A DNA stretch of 64,000 nucleotides from Crocinitomicaceae bacterium (lineage in GTDB: Bacteria; Bacteroidota; Bacteroidia; Flavobacteriales_D; CAJJDF01). Below, piece by piece: positions 9,531-19,565 of this stretch (position 1 is its first letter; each line of letters opens with the position of its first letter). Under the pieces are notes generated by a model, which saw only the letters and a program-made list of their open reading frames with translations, was not told the DNA's origin and searched no databases. Where the stretch lies: the NCBI GenBank assembly GCA_024639505.1, contig JAHEIE010000019.1, positions 4,056-68,055 on the forward strand. The letters are read 5' to 3'. The translations under genes and the position numbers were made by a program.

Positions 9531-10466
9531 ATGATTAAGCAAATTTCAATTCTCCTTTTCTTGACTTCCTCTTTTGTTGGTTTTTCCCAGCAAGTGCCGC
9601 AATTCACAAATTATTTAACGAATCAGTTTTCCTATAACCCAGCCGTAGCTGGAAGCAAAGATTGTTTAGACATTACCCTTGGGCACAGAACCCAATGGAG
9701 CGGGTTTGAAGGAGCTCCGGTAACAACTTACGGTAGTTTTAATACTACCCTGAAACAAGATAAATTTGGACTAGGTTACAAACATGCAATTGGGTTAGTT
9801 GTGTTAAATGACTCCTACGGACCTTTTAATCGTTCCAAATTAAAAGCTGCTTACGCTTATCACCTTCCACTTACAAGAGATATTTTATTTTCGATGGGAA
9901 TGTTTTTTGGGGTAGAGCAAGTGAACTTTGATGCAAATGATGTAACACTAATCAATTACAACGATGATGCGATTAACAACTCAAGAAGATCTATAATTTT
10001 TCCAGAAATAACCCCAGGAATTTTTCTTCAATCAGACTTGTGGTTTGCAGGAGCAACACTCCAACAAACTTTGGGAAACAGAAAAAAAGCTGTAGGAACT
10101 GACGAAACAAAACTCACAAGGCACGGTAGCTTAATGGGAGGTCTTAATATTCCACTTACAAACGATTGGTCCATAGTACCATCTACACTTTTTAAGTTTT
10201 CCAAAGCAGCGCCATGGGCAATCGATGTGAACGTGATGGCAGACTTTAAGAGAAAGTTATCTTTAGGAATATCTTATCGAAATACAGATGCTGTAGCTGC
10301 TTTAATTAATTTCAATCTATTGAATTACTTTAGAGTTGGATATGCTTATGACTACACCATTTCTAAAATAAGATTTGGCGCATTCAATTCTCATGAAATT
10401 ACTTTAATGATTAATCCTTGTGGATTTAAAGAGGCTTCGAAATACGCTTGTCCAACTTTTAATTAA
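9531..10466 (+). CDS. PorP/SprF family type IX secretion system membrane protein
   Basis: Signal peptide, then QQVPQFTNYLTNQFSYNPAVAG and the C-terminal GYAYDY...SHEI motifs of PorP/SprF. It starts 1 nt after the type-B cargo stop. Confidence 0.85.
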   Translation: MIKQISILLFLTSSFVGFSQQVPQFTNYLTNQFSYNPAVAGSKDCLDITLGHRTQWSGFEGAPVTTYGSFNTTLKQDKFGLGYKHAIGLVVLNDSYGPFNRSKLKAAYAYHLPLTRDILFSMGMFFGVEQVNFDANDVTLINYNDDAINNSRRSIIFPEITPGIFLQSDLWFAGATLQQTLGNRKKAVGTDETKLTRHGSLMGGLNIPLTNDWSIVPSTLFKFSKAAPWAIDVNVMADFKRKLSLGISYRNTDAVAALINFNLLNYFRVGYAYDYTISKIRFGAFNSHEITLMINPCGFKEASKYACPTFN

Positions 10467-10540
10467 GGCTTTTCGAATAATCAGTTTTATTCGAAATTCA
10501 ATTATTTCATTATCTTTAGGAGTTACCATCGAGCATTACT

Positions 10541-12949
10541 ATGAATAAACTCCCACTTATTATCATTCTCCTATTTTTCACTATTGCCGGAAAATCTCAG
10601 GCTACCCAAACCATACGAGGAAAAATTATTGATAAAGAAACATTCTCACCTATTATTGGAGCGACAGTACTTATTGTTTCAGAAAAAGAATCTCCTCAAG
10701 GTTCATCCTCAGATATTGATGGAAAATATAGAATTGATGGAGTTACTATTGGGAGACACACTTTGAAAGTTAAATACCTTGGCTATTACGAAAAAACGTT
10801 GGAAGTAGTCGTAAATTCAGGCAAAGAATTGATTCTTAATATAAGTTTGGAAGAATCGATGATCACAATGAAAGAAGTAGAAATTTCAGCTGATGAAAAT
10901 GGGGGTGTAAAAAATGAAATGGCTCTAGTCAGTGTTACAAGTTTTTCGGTGGAAGAAACTGATAAATATGCTGGTAGTAGAGGAGATCCTGCGCGAATGG
11001 CTGCCAATTTTGCTGGAGTTCAAGGGGCAGATGATTCGCGAAATGACATTATTGTAAGAGGAAATTCTCCTTTAGGTGTATTGTGGAGAGTAGAAGGCAT
11101 TGATATCCCCAACCCTAATCATTTTGCCATTGCCGGAACTTCGGGAGGTCCTGTTTCTATCTTGAACAATAAATTGATGGCTAATTCCGATTTTTTTACT
11201 GCGGCTTTTCCTGCAGAATATGGAAACAGCGTAGCGGGAGTATTTGATTTAAAACTAAGAAACGGAAACAATCAAAAGCACGAATTTAGCGGGCAGTTTG
11301 GTTTTTTGGGAACTGAACTCATGGCTGAAGGACCATTAAATAAGAAGAAGGGATCTTCCTATTTAGCTGCTTACAGATATTCAACTCTTTCCTTGTTCGA
11401 GAGTTTTGGAATTAAAGTAGGAACCGATGCAATACCGGCTTATCAAGATTTAAGTTTTAAATTAAATTTCCCGCTAAAAAAAGGGGGTGCTGTTTCAATC
11501 TTTGGAATCTCTGGGAGTAGTGATATAGACATCGTTTTTAGCACAGAAAAAGAACCAAATCCAGACTTGAATATTTACGGAGAAAATGACAGAGACCAAT
11601 ATTTCAATACAAAAATGGCTGTTGTGGGACTAACTTATATCAAACCATTGAAAAAAAATGGGTATTGGAAAACTACTATTGCTGGTTCCGTAGAGGAGCA
11701 AAAAGCCGTTCATGAATATTTCAACAGAAGTCTTTCAGCAAACAACTTGTATAGCCTAGATACAATTTACACCATTCTTGATTATCGATTTAGGCAATTC
11801 AAAACCTCTGCTTCTTCTTTTATTAATAAAAAACTGAGTAAGCAAAGCGTTATAAAGTTTGGTTTCAATTCCGATGTGTTTTTCTATGATTTTCAGGACA
11901 GCGTTTTACTCGATAAACTAACTGTTCCAGAATGGGATTTAAGATGGAATTATCAAGGAAGCGCTGCTTTAATTCAGCCTTATGTTCAACTTAAGCATAA
12001 ATTCAATGAGCGATTTGTGATGAATTTTGGTTTGCATGCACAAGCATTTACTCAAAGCGAAAGTATTTCGTTGGTAGAACCCAGAGTGAGTATGAAATGG
12101 AACATAGATGAAAAACAAGTTCTTTCTTCGGGTATAGGACTTCACAGCCAAATCCAACCCTCATACACATACTTTTATCAAATTCCTTCAGGAAATGGAA
12201 ACGAGGAAATTCAGCACAATAATAAAATGGATTTTACAAAAAGTTTTCATTCTGTGATTGGTTATGCCAATGCCATTTCGGCTAAAACAATGATAAAATC
12301 TGAGGTTTACTTTCAATATTTGTACAACGTCCCTGTTGAAGTTAGTTCGTCCTCATTCTCAATGCTAAACCAAGGTTCTGGCTTTAGTCGCTTTTTCCCA
12401 GATTCTTTGCAAAATACTGGTACAGGTAAAAATTATGGAATTGAATTAACCGTAAAGCACAACTTTGACAAGAGCTTTTATACCATGGTAACAGGAGCTA
12501 TTTACAACAGCCTTTACCGAGGAAGCGATGGTGTAGAACGAAACACTGATTTCAACGGAAATTTTGCAGCAAATTTTCTGATCGGTAAAGAATTTAAACT
12601 GAATAAAAAAAACTCGATTACTGTTGGAGCTAATGTGACATGGGCCGGTGGAAGAAGATTTGGCTTGGTGGATACAGTGGCATCGGCAGCCGCAAGAGAA
12701 GTTGTGTTTTTAGACAAAGAATACAACGAACAACAGTTTCAGGATTATTTTAGAGCAGACATAAAAATCAATTATAAATTGAACACAAAAAAGCTGACTC
12801 ATGAAATAGGGTTGGACCTGGTTAATGTATTTGGGATAGAAAACATATTGGGAATAACCTACGCTCCTACTCCCGATGAGCCACAAAGGATTACCACGAG
12901 TAAACAACTTGGGTTTTTGCCGTTGTTTTATTATCGAATAGATTTTTAA
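10541..12949 (+). CDS. TonB-dependent receptor-like outer-membrane beta-barrel with N-terminal CarboxypepD_reg domain
   Basis: Signal peptide, IRGKIIDKETFSPIIGATVLI (CarboxypepD_reg), plug-like VRGNSPLGVLWRVEGIDIPNPNHF, and a C-terminal aromatic residue (YYRIDF). Confidence 0.75.
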   Translation: MNKLPLIIILLFFTIAGKSQATQTIRGKIIDKETFSPIIGATVLIVSEKESPQGSSSDIDGKYRIDGVTIGRHTLKVKYLGYYEKTLEVVVNSGKELILNISLEESMITMKEVEISADENGGVKNEMALVSVTSFSVEETDKYAGSRGDPARMAANFAGVQGADDSRNDIIVRGNSPLGVLWRVEGIDIPNPNHFAIAGTSGGPVSILNNKLMANSDFFTAAFPAEYGNSVAGVFDLKLRNGNNQKHEFSGQFGFLGTELMAEGPLNKKKGSSYLAAYRYSTLSLFESFGIKVGTDAIPAYQDLSFKLNFPLKKGGAVSIFGISGSSDIDIVFSTEKEPNPDLNIYGENDRDQYFNTKMAVVGLTYIKPLKKNGYWKTTIAGSVEEQKAVHEYFNRSLSANNLYSLDTIYTILDYRFRQFKTSASSFINKKLSKQSVIKFGFNSDVFFYDFQDSVLLDKLTVPEWDLRWNYQGSAALIQPYVQLKHKFNERFVMNFGLHAQAFTQSESISLVEPRVSMKWNIDEKQVLSSGIGLHSQIQPSYTYFYQIPSGNGNEEIQHNNKMDFTKSFHSVIGYANAISAKTMIKSEVYFQYLYNVPVEVSSSSFSMLNQGSGFSRFFPDSLQNTGTGKNYGIELTVKHNFDKSFYTMVTGAIYNSLYRGSDGVERNTDFNGNFAANFLIGKEFKLNKKNSITVGANVTWAGGRRFGLVDTVASAAAREVVFLDKEYNEQQFQDYFRADIKINYKLNTKKLTHEIGLDLVNVFGIENILGITYAPTPDEPQRITTSKQLGFLPLFYYRIDF

Positions 12950-12996
12950 TATAAATTAGATACTACAATACATCCTAAATTTACTTACAACTAAAA

Positions 12997-13431
12997 TTGA
13001 ATAAAGAATCAGTAAAATATAAGCCTCTTGTTTACCCTGCAAAAATAATAATTGCGTGGGGAGAAGCCATCGCGGGTAATAAAGAAATTAGGGATTGGCT
13101 AGCTAAAAACGGCTATCCAGAATTGTATACCTTTGTATTTGCTCTCAATCTTAAAGAAACTGCACGCGACTGGCTAATGAAGAATAAATACCCACATTTG
13201 ATGGCATTAATTCAAGGCGTAGAACGAAATGAAAAAGCATTGAACTGGCTAAAGCAAAATGGTTTTGAAACTTTATCTCACATTGCTTTGGCAGGTGATG
13301 GAGACGATTACTCATTGGAATGGCTCAAAGCAAATCATAGAGATTTTGCTCACTTGGCTCTCAAAATAAAAATAAGAAAAGATCAGATTCAGCTTGACCA
13401 TGACGATGTGCACAAAATAAGTGCCGAATAA
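12997..13431 (+). CDS. Hypothetical protein built from about four tandem 25-aa helical repeats (Y-P-x-L ... W-L-x-x-N-G)
   Basis: Repeats are visible directly: EIRDWLAKNGYPELYTF / ARDWLMKNKYPHLMAL / ALNWLKQNGFETLSHI / SLEWLKANHRDFAHLAL. TTG start; no family recognised. Confidence 0.5.
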   Translation: MNKESVKYKPLVYPAKIIIAWGEAIAGNKEIRDWLAKNGYPELYTFVFALNLKETARDWLMKNKYPHLMALIQGVERNEKALNWLKQNGFETLSHIALAGDGDDYSLEWLKANHRDFAHLALKIKIRKDQIQLDHDDVHKISAE

Positions 13432-13518
13432 TCATTTGGGGAACTGAATTTCATAAAAAAACACCCAAGAAGATTTCTCTAATAGGTGTTACATAGTTTA
13501 ATAGTTTTAAAACAAGAT

Positions 13519-14820
13519 CTATAAGCTCCAGTATTCTATGTCCTTTATTTTATCCTTCAAGATTCCCTTTACATCTACAAATACTCCTTTGCCCTCAGGC
13601 AAAAAGGATTTGAAGTAATTTTCTTCCAAACTGATGTATTCTTTATGGTTCACGGCCAAAATGATTGCATCGTATTTGCCAGTTGGCTCATTCACTAATC
13701 CAAACCCATACTCGTGCTGTAACTCATCCGAACTAGCATGAGGATCCACTACTTCAACATTACAAGAAAACGACTCTAATTCTCTTATAACATCAACAAC
13801 CTTTGAGTTTCTGATATCGCTCACATCTTCCTTAAAAGTAGCTCCCATTACAAGCACTCGGGCATCCATAATATTTGTTCCTTGAGCCAATATTTTCTTC
13901 ACTGTTTGTTTTCCAATATAAAACCCCATCGAATCATTTACATACCTTCCTGAGTTTATCACTTTTGCATGATACCCTGTTTTCTTTGCTTTGTGAGTTA
14001 AATAATAAGGATCTACTCCTATGCAATGTCCTCCCACCAATCCTGGCTTAAAATTCAGGAAATTCCACTTAGTTCCGGCAGCCTCCAACACATCGTAAGT
14101 ATTTATTCCTACACGATTAAAAATAATCGATAATTCATTAATCAATGCGATATTCACATCTCTCTGAGTGTTTTCAATAATTTTTGCCGCTTCGGCAACT
14201 TTAATGGAAGCTGCCCTGTGAACACCCGCTTCTACAACCAACTCGTAGGTCTTGGCCACTTCTTCCAATGCCTCTGGACAACATGCCGAAGCTACTTTCA
14301 CAATCGTACTTAAAGTGTGAACTTTATCTCCTGGATTAATCCTTTCTGGGGAATATCCAACTTTAAAATCTTCTTTCCATTTTAATCCTGAAACTTCCTC
14401 TAAGACAGGAATACAATCGTCTTCTGTACAACCAGGATACACCGTAGATTCATAGACAACATAATCTCCTTTTTTAAGCACCTTGGCTACTGTTTTACTA
14501 GCTCCTAATAATGGGCTTAAATCTGGAAGATTGCTCTCATCAATTGGAGTAGGAACGGCTACTATATAAAAAGATGCCTTTTTCAAATCTTCTAAATCAG
14601 CTGTAAAAGTGATGTCAGAATTTTCGAAATCTTTTGCTTCTAGCTCTTTACTAGGATCGATGTTGTTTTGCATCAATTTCACCCTTTCGGCATTGATATC
14701 AAAACCAATTACTTTTATTTTTTTAGCAAATTCAAGTGCAATGGGAAGTCCCACATACCCCAAACCAATAACTGCCAAGGTTGCTTCTTTATTTACTAGT
14801 TTATCGTATATTTTAGTCAT
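13519..14820 (-). CDS. UDP-N-acetyl-hexosamine 6-dehydrogenase (WbpA/TviB-type nucleotide-sugar dehydrogenase)
   Basis: Rossmann motif LAVIGLGYVGLP and the catalytic GGHCIGVDPYYL block. ATG 14820 (MTKIYDKL) is preferred over the track start 14865. Confidence 0.8.
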   Translation of the reverse strand: MTKIYDKLVNKEATLAVIGLGYVGLPIALEFAKKIKVIGFDINAERVKLMQNNIDPSKELEAKDFENSDITFTADLEDLKKASFYIVAVPTPIDESNLPDLSPLLGASKTVAKVLKKGDYVVYESTVYPGCTEDDCIPVLEEVSGLKWKEDFKVGYSPERINPGDKVHTLSTIVKVASACCPEALEEVAKTYELVVEAGVHRAASIKVAEAAKIIENTQRDVNIALINELSIIFNRVGINTYDVLEAAGTKWNFLNFKPGLVGGHCIGVDPYYLTHKAKKTGYHAKVINSGRYVNDSMGFYIGKQTVKKILAQGTNIMDARVLVMGATFKEDVSDIRNSKVVDVIRELESFSCNVEVVDPHASSDELQHEYGFGLVNEPTGKYDAIILAVNHKEYISLEENYFKSFLPEGKGVFVDVKGILKDKIKDIEYWSL

Positions 14821-14862
14821 TTCTATTTCAATTATATGAAGCCTATCAGCTAAAATGAATGT

Positions 14863-14870
14863 CAAATTTA
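14863..14870 (-). promoter_or_regulatory. Bacteroidota -7 box TAAATTTG upstream of the WbpA-like gene
   Basis: The minus strand reads TAAATTTG, matching TAnnTTTG, 43 nt upstream of ATG 14820. Confidence 0.5.
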
Positions 14871-14975
14871 CACATTTTCAAATTAACCGGACTTTGAGAT
14901 GTTTTTGTTTATTGCTTTGGTACAAACAAAACCCTTAGTACTCAGTTTGTTTTAAATCAATTGCATCTTAGCCAA

Positions 14976-15998
14976 TTAGTAACCTTGTTCGTCTCTTACT
15001 TTGTAAATCCTCTCAATAATGTCTACCACTTTCATTCCTTCCAGAGCATTTGTTGTTGTAGTTGTGTTTCCGTTCAAAGTGTCTACTACATTTTCAATCA
15101 CATAATTATGATTGGCTGCAGAACCTTTGTAAGGACCGTAATCATTTGCAGGATTACTTGGCGGAAGTTCCGGCATTTCGTAGCCATCTATGTGGCAATA
15201 TTCTACTTCATTCATATACTGACCTCCTACTTTCACACTTCCTTTGCTTCCAATGATTGTGAGGCTACTTTCTAGGTTTTTGTCCCACACTGCTGTGGAA
15301 TAATTCAAAACACCCATTCCTCCTTTCAAAAAATCGAATGTAACTAACCCCGAATCTTCAAATGCTGTAGTTTCTTTGTGAGTAAAGTCTTTGAAATTTC
15401 CTTTGATGTTATCAATATCTCCACACAGCCAATACATGATGTCAATAAAATGAGAAAACTGAGTAAATAAAGTTCCTCCGTCCAAATCTGGAGTTCCTTT
15501 CCAACCTCCCTTTTTGTAATATCTGTCATCGCGGTTCCAATAGCAATTTAGTTGAACCATGTGGATATCACCCAATAATTTTTCTTCCATGATTTCTTTC
15601 AACCATGCTGAGGGTGGAGAATACCTATTTTGCATCACACAAAATACTTGTTTATTATTTTTAAGAGAAACATGCATAATCTCTTCGCAATCCGCTTTTG
15701 ATAGTCCCATTGGTTTTTCACATACAATGTGTTTTCCCGCTTCAAGAGCCAATAAACTGTGAGAAGCATGAATTCCATTTGGAGTGCTCACTGTCAAAAC
15801 ATCAAATTCTGTATCGCTCGCCAACAATTCTTCAATTGAATTAAAAAAAGGAACATCAAAGTTTTCAATTCCTAATTCAGATTTAGGTCTAATGTCACAC
15901 AAAGCAGCTAATTCTGCTCCTTCGTTTCGGGTAATCATCTCGGCATGTCTTTTTCCAATATGTCCGTTTCCTACTACTGCAAATTTTATTTTTGTCAT
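14976..15998 (-). CDS. Gfo/Idh/MocA oxidoreductase (WbpB-like UDP-GlcNAcA 3-dehydrogenase candidate)
   Basis: FAVVGNGHIGKRH Rossmann motif and the EKP motif (HIVCEKPMG). Its context lies between WbpA- and WbpD-like genes. Confidence 0.7.
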   Translation of the reverse strand: MTKIKFAVVGNGHIGKRHAEMITRNEGAELAALCDIRPKSELGIENFDVPFFNSIEELLASDTEFDVLTVSTPNGIHASHSLLALEAGKHIVCEKPMGLSKADCEEIMHVSLKNNKQVFCVMQNRYSPPSAWLKEIMEEKLLGDIHMVQLNCYWNRDDRYYKKGGWKGTPDLDGGTLFTQFSHFIDIMYWLCGDIDNIKGNFKDFTHKETTAFEDSGLVTFDFLKGGMGVLNYSTAVWDKNLESSLTIIGSKGSVKVGGQYMNEVEYCHIDGYEMPELPPSNPANDYGPYKGSAANHNYVIENVVDTLNGNTTTTTNALEGMKVVDIIERIYKVRDEQGY

Positions 15999-16086
15999 GT
16001 TTATCTTTCTTAATCGTTTGTTCTCGATACTTTTTTGTTTTGATTCCGAAAGCTATCAGAATCAAAAAAACACTCGAACTGACACT

Positions 16087-16662
16087 TTAATTTATTTTTT
16101 CAACTGAATTATCAGTCAAACTATATTCTTGTTTTGATTCTTCGCAGATTGCTTTTCCCTCAGAGTCAAAATTTAGTCTATGTCCGTATTCACTTACCCA
16201 ACCAATTTGTTTAGCCGGATTCCCCACCCATAAACTGTATGGAGGAATTTCTTTGGTGACAACCGCTCCTGCCCCAATAAAAGCATATTCTCCAATGTCA
16301 TTCCCACAAACGATTGTTGCATTAGCTCCAATAGAAGCTCCTTTTTTTACTCTTGTTTGAAGGTATTCGTCTTTTCGAATTACAGCACTTCTTGGGTTAA
16401 TTACATTGGTAAAAACCATGGATGGACCAAGGAAAACATCGTCCTCGCAAATTACACCTGTATAAATGGATACATTGTTTTGAACTTTCACATTATTTCC
16501 CAATTCTACTTGTGGAGAGATTACCACATTCTGACCTACATTGCATTTCTCTCCTATTACACAATTTGACATTATATGAGAAAAATGCCAAATCTTGGTT
16601 CCTTCTCCAATTGAGCAACCTGCATCAATCACTGCTGTTTCGTGCGAAAAAAACTTAGCCAT
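16087..16662 (-). CDS. Left-handed beta-helix N-acetyltransferase (WbpD/WlbB-like)
   Basis: Hexapeptide repeats and an N-terminus (FSHETAVIDAGCSIGEGTKIWHFSHIMSNCVIGEKCNVGQNV) typical of UDP-2-acetamido-3-amino-2,3-dideoxy-glucuronate N-acetyltransferases. Confidence 0.8.
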   Translation of the reverse strand: MAKFFSHETAVIDAGCSIGEGTKIWHFSHIMSNCVIGEKCNVGQNVVISPQVELGNNVKVQNNVSIYTGVICEDDVFLGPSMVFTNVINPRSAVIRKDEYLQTRVKKGASIGANATIVCGNDIGEYAFIGAGAVVTKEIPPYSLWVGNPAKQIGWVSEYGHRLNFDSEGKAICEESKQEYSLTDNSVEKIN

Positions 16663-19559
16663 TATTTTTTAATTAATTTTTCTACTGATCTTTTTCCATC
16701 TGCTTGTACCACCATATAATACATACCTGTAGCACACTCTGTTAGGTCCAAATCTAAAAAAGACAAACCATTTATAGTTTGTGACAGTATTTGTTTTCCT
16801 AGTTCATCAAACAACCAAATGACACCCTCATTTACGGTCTCCTCAAAAGCCAACTTTATATCTCCATTCGTTGGATTTGGAAACACTGTCACTTTTAGCT
16901 TATCCTCTTCTTTTATTTTAATACTGGCTGTTGGATTAAATCTTACCGTGTATTGAAATTTATAAGTTTCAGAAGTATCATTGTTCGCATTTACAGCAAA
17001 AACCTTAAAAAAGACTTTGGTTCCCATTGGGTAATTGGGGATAGGTGTACTCGAAACATAAGTGCTATCAATGGTATTTACCATCCCTATTTTATTGCCA
17101 AAACTAGGAGTGTTCACCGACCAAAGTGCAAATACACTTCTCACTGGTAAATCACTAGAAACCTGAGCATTGATATGTTGATCTATGTCTTCGCGAGGAA
17201 CCGTTAAAGTGGGCATATCATTTATCCAGGTTTTAACTATTGCTGGGTAGTTAGCTCTTCCCACCAATGAATATTCCCATAATCCTCTTCCCCAAATTGC
17301 CGCCCTTAATGTATTTGATCCATTTACAACTTCTAATTCTTTTATAGTTGAGTTTGGTAAACCTGTATTATATAAACTCCAAATAGAATCTTGCAAAGTT
17401 TTTGTGTAAACTCCAATTTCAGCACCTACGTATATATTACCTTCTTTTGTGTGATCCACTACTACATTTCGCAAAGGCATATCGCCTAAATTATAGGTGA
17501 TATTTACCCAATTTATTCCTCCATTTGTTGTCATATATATTTTTTTTCCATCATTCTGATACCTATTGTAAGTTACAAAAATATTGTCATCATCATTTGG
17601 ATTAAAAGCTATATCTGTTATTGTGTAATTAGGCAAATTCGTTTTTATTGAAGAAAAACTTATCCCTGCATCAGTCGATTTCATGATGGCCGCTCCTCTG
17701 GCTACGACAATGATATTCGAATTATTCTCTGCAATTGCAGCTTCATTAATCGTATTTCCAAATGGATCTCCTCTATAGACCCAATTTCCACCAAATTGCT
17801 GGCTTACATAAATATCTTTTGCAAAATTAAAAATTCTCATTTGGTCATTAGGATCGTAAGCAAGTGGAGCTTCCCAAGCCCCATTTCCGGCTCCAGCTTG
17901 ACCTGGAGCATTTGAACCACTTTGAGTTAAACCACCATCAATTGTTTTTCTTCTTGATCCATATTGAATACTACCCATCATGTAGTCATCATTAAGAGGA
18001 TGAATTATGGCTTCCATTCCATCCGCTCCATAAAACTCAATCCAAGCGTCTTTGTGTTTTATACTCGTCCCATTGTCTTGTGAACCACTCATTGTTCGAT
18101 AATGATTGGATTGGCTTACTCCCAGACTATAATTCTCCCTTATTCCTAGACCATCACTCAAAACTGTCCAAGAAATACCATTGTCAGTACTTTTAGCAAA
18201 TAATCCATCTGTACCCACATAAAAAATTCCATCAATGCATTTTGCTATTCTTAAATCTGCGTGAATGTATTTTCCACCATTTTTTAAATTAGCTTCGTAA
18301 TTACCTAGCCCATGAGCCGAACTTCCAAGACTCCACCATGTTATTTGATTGGTTGTTCTTCCGCCATCAGTTGAATTTACAATATCTAAATAACCATAAA
18401 TCATTTTTGATGTATCTAAGTCATGAACGGCAAATCCATCACAAGATTCGGCTGGATTGCTCATGAATGAAAAATCTATTCCTTTGTTTTTAGAAGTCCA
18501 AATTCCGTTGGTTGAGGCAAAGAATACACAATCTGGACAGTCTTTACTTACCGAAATTTTAGCGCCAGCTCCATTGTTTCCTACAATAGTATTGGAACTA
18601 GAGAACGTAACACCTTGATCCAACGAATACCTTACAACATCTCCATAAGATCCCCAATAATAGTCATCGTAAGTATAAATGATATTGTTATTGGTAGGAT
18701 GAAATTCAATTTGAGTAATGTCACCACCAGAAGTGCTTGGAACCAATGTCCAAGAAGCCAAGTTATCGGTAGATCTGTATAATCCTGAACTGGTACCTAC
18801 AAAAATTAGGTTTGCTACTCGGGGGTGATAAGCGACTTGGAATATTTTAAAATTACTTCCTAAACCTCCTTTACCTAAACTTGTTGGATTAAAAGTTGAT
18901 TGTAACCAAGTGTCTCCTCCATCAATGGATCGATAAATTCCATGAGAATAAGCATTTCCAGAATTTTGTAATGCAATGAGAATTGAATCGGAGTTTGTAG
19001 GTGACACACCAATAGAAAATACACCACTAGCTACCAACGAATCTGTGTAACCTCCAGTCCAGTTTACTCCACCATTAATTGATTTCCAAAACCCTCCACT
19101 TCTTGAACCCACATACATGATTTGCGTATTGCTTGGATTCACATAAAAGGTTTCAATTCTTCCCAAACCAGCGGAATAATGTCCTGTAATACTATCGATC
19201 GTGTAAGGACCTAAATCTTTCCATCCTCCAGAGTAAAGCGACCTATTTGCAGATCCAGCAACAGCAGAAGTATTTATAAATTGCTGATATGCCTTTTCCA
19301 CAAACATGGGATCAACGTTGTTCCTTGCGCCCGAAGGTGCAAATTTACTTTCGTTCTCGTTCTTCCACCTTTGGTAACCTTTGTAACCAGAACCTTTACC
19401 TTTTCCGTGATTTTCAAAATACTTATCTGCCTCTTTACAAACCTCATAAAAGTTGTAAGTTGGATCTTGCATCATTACTTTGTACAACTTCTGCGAGTAT
19501 GAAACACTGCAGAGTAACAATAATGTTATAAAGAAAAATGTTCTAGCTACTTTTTGCAT
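16662..19559 (-). CDS. Secreted BNR/Asp-box repeat beta-propeller protein with a T9SS type A C-terminal sorting domain
   Basis: Signal peptide. At least 10 S/T-x-D/N-x-G-x-T/S-W/F boxes (RSIDGGDTW, KSTDNGISW, KSTDAGISF, TTNGGINW ...). C-terminal VFPNPTNGDIKL...GMYYMVV Por_Secre_tail. Confidence 0.85.
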   Translation of the reverse strand: MQKVARTFFFITLLLLCSVSYSQKLYKVMMQDPTYNFYEVCKEADKYFENHGKGKGSGYKGYQRWKNENESKFAPSGARNNVDPMFVEKAYQQFINTSAVAGSANRSLYSGGWKDLGPYTIDSITGHYSAGLGRIETFYVNPSNTQIMYVGSRSGGFWKSINGGVNWTGGYTDSLVASGVFSIGVSPTNSDSILIALQNSGNAYSHGIYRSIDGGDTWLQSTFNPTSLGKGGLGSNFKIFQVAYHPRVANLIFVGTSSGLYRSTDNLASWTLVPSTSGGDITQIEFHPTNNNIIYTYDDYYWGSYGDVVRYSLDQGVTFSSSNTIVGNNGAGAKISVSKDCPDCVFFASTNGIWTSKNKGIDFSFMSNPAESCDGFAVHDLDTSKMIYGYLDIVNSTDGGRTTNQITWWSLGSSAHGLGNYEANLKNGGKYIHADLRIAKCIDGIFYVGTDGLFAKSTDNGISWTVLSDGLGIRENYSLGVSQSNHYRTMSGSQDNGTSIKHKDAWIEFYGADGMEAIIHPLNDDYMMGSIQYGSRRKTIDGGLTQSGSNAPGQAGAGNGAWEAPLAYDPNDQMRIFNFAKDIYVSQQFGGNWVYRGDPFGNTINEAAIAENNSNIIVVARGAAIMKSTDAGISFSSIKTNLPNYTITDIAFNPNDDDNIFVTYNRYQNDGKKIYMTTNGGINWVNITYNLGDMPLRNVVVDHTKEGNIYVGAEIGVYTKTLQDSIWSLYNTGLPNSTIKELEVVNGSNTLRAAIWGRGLWEYSLVGRANYPAIVKTWINDMPTLTVPREDIDQHINAQVSSDLPVRSVFALWSVNTPSFGNKIGMVNTIDSTYVSSTPIPNYPMGTKVFFKVFAVNANNDTSETYKFQYTVRFNPTASIKIKEEDKLKVTVFPNPTNGDIKLAFEETVNEGVIWLFDELGKQILSQTINGLSFLDLDLTECATGMYYMVVQADGKRSVEKLIKK

Positions 19560-19565
19560 ATATTT

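Noticed and set aside
15999-16086. Hairpin TTTTGATTC-cgaaagctatca-GAATCAAAA between the wbpD-like and wbpB-like genes, considered as a terminator
   Set aside because: Neither strand has a U-tract 3' of the stem; the runs are part of the stem arms. It may affect RNA processing, but I cannot call it a terminator.
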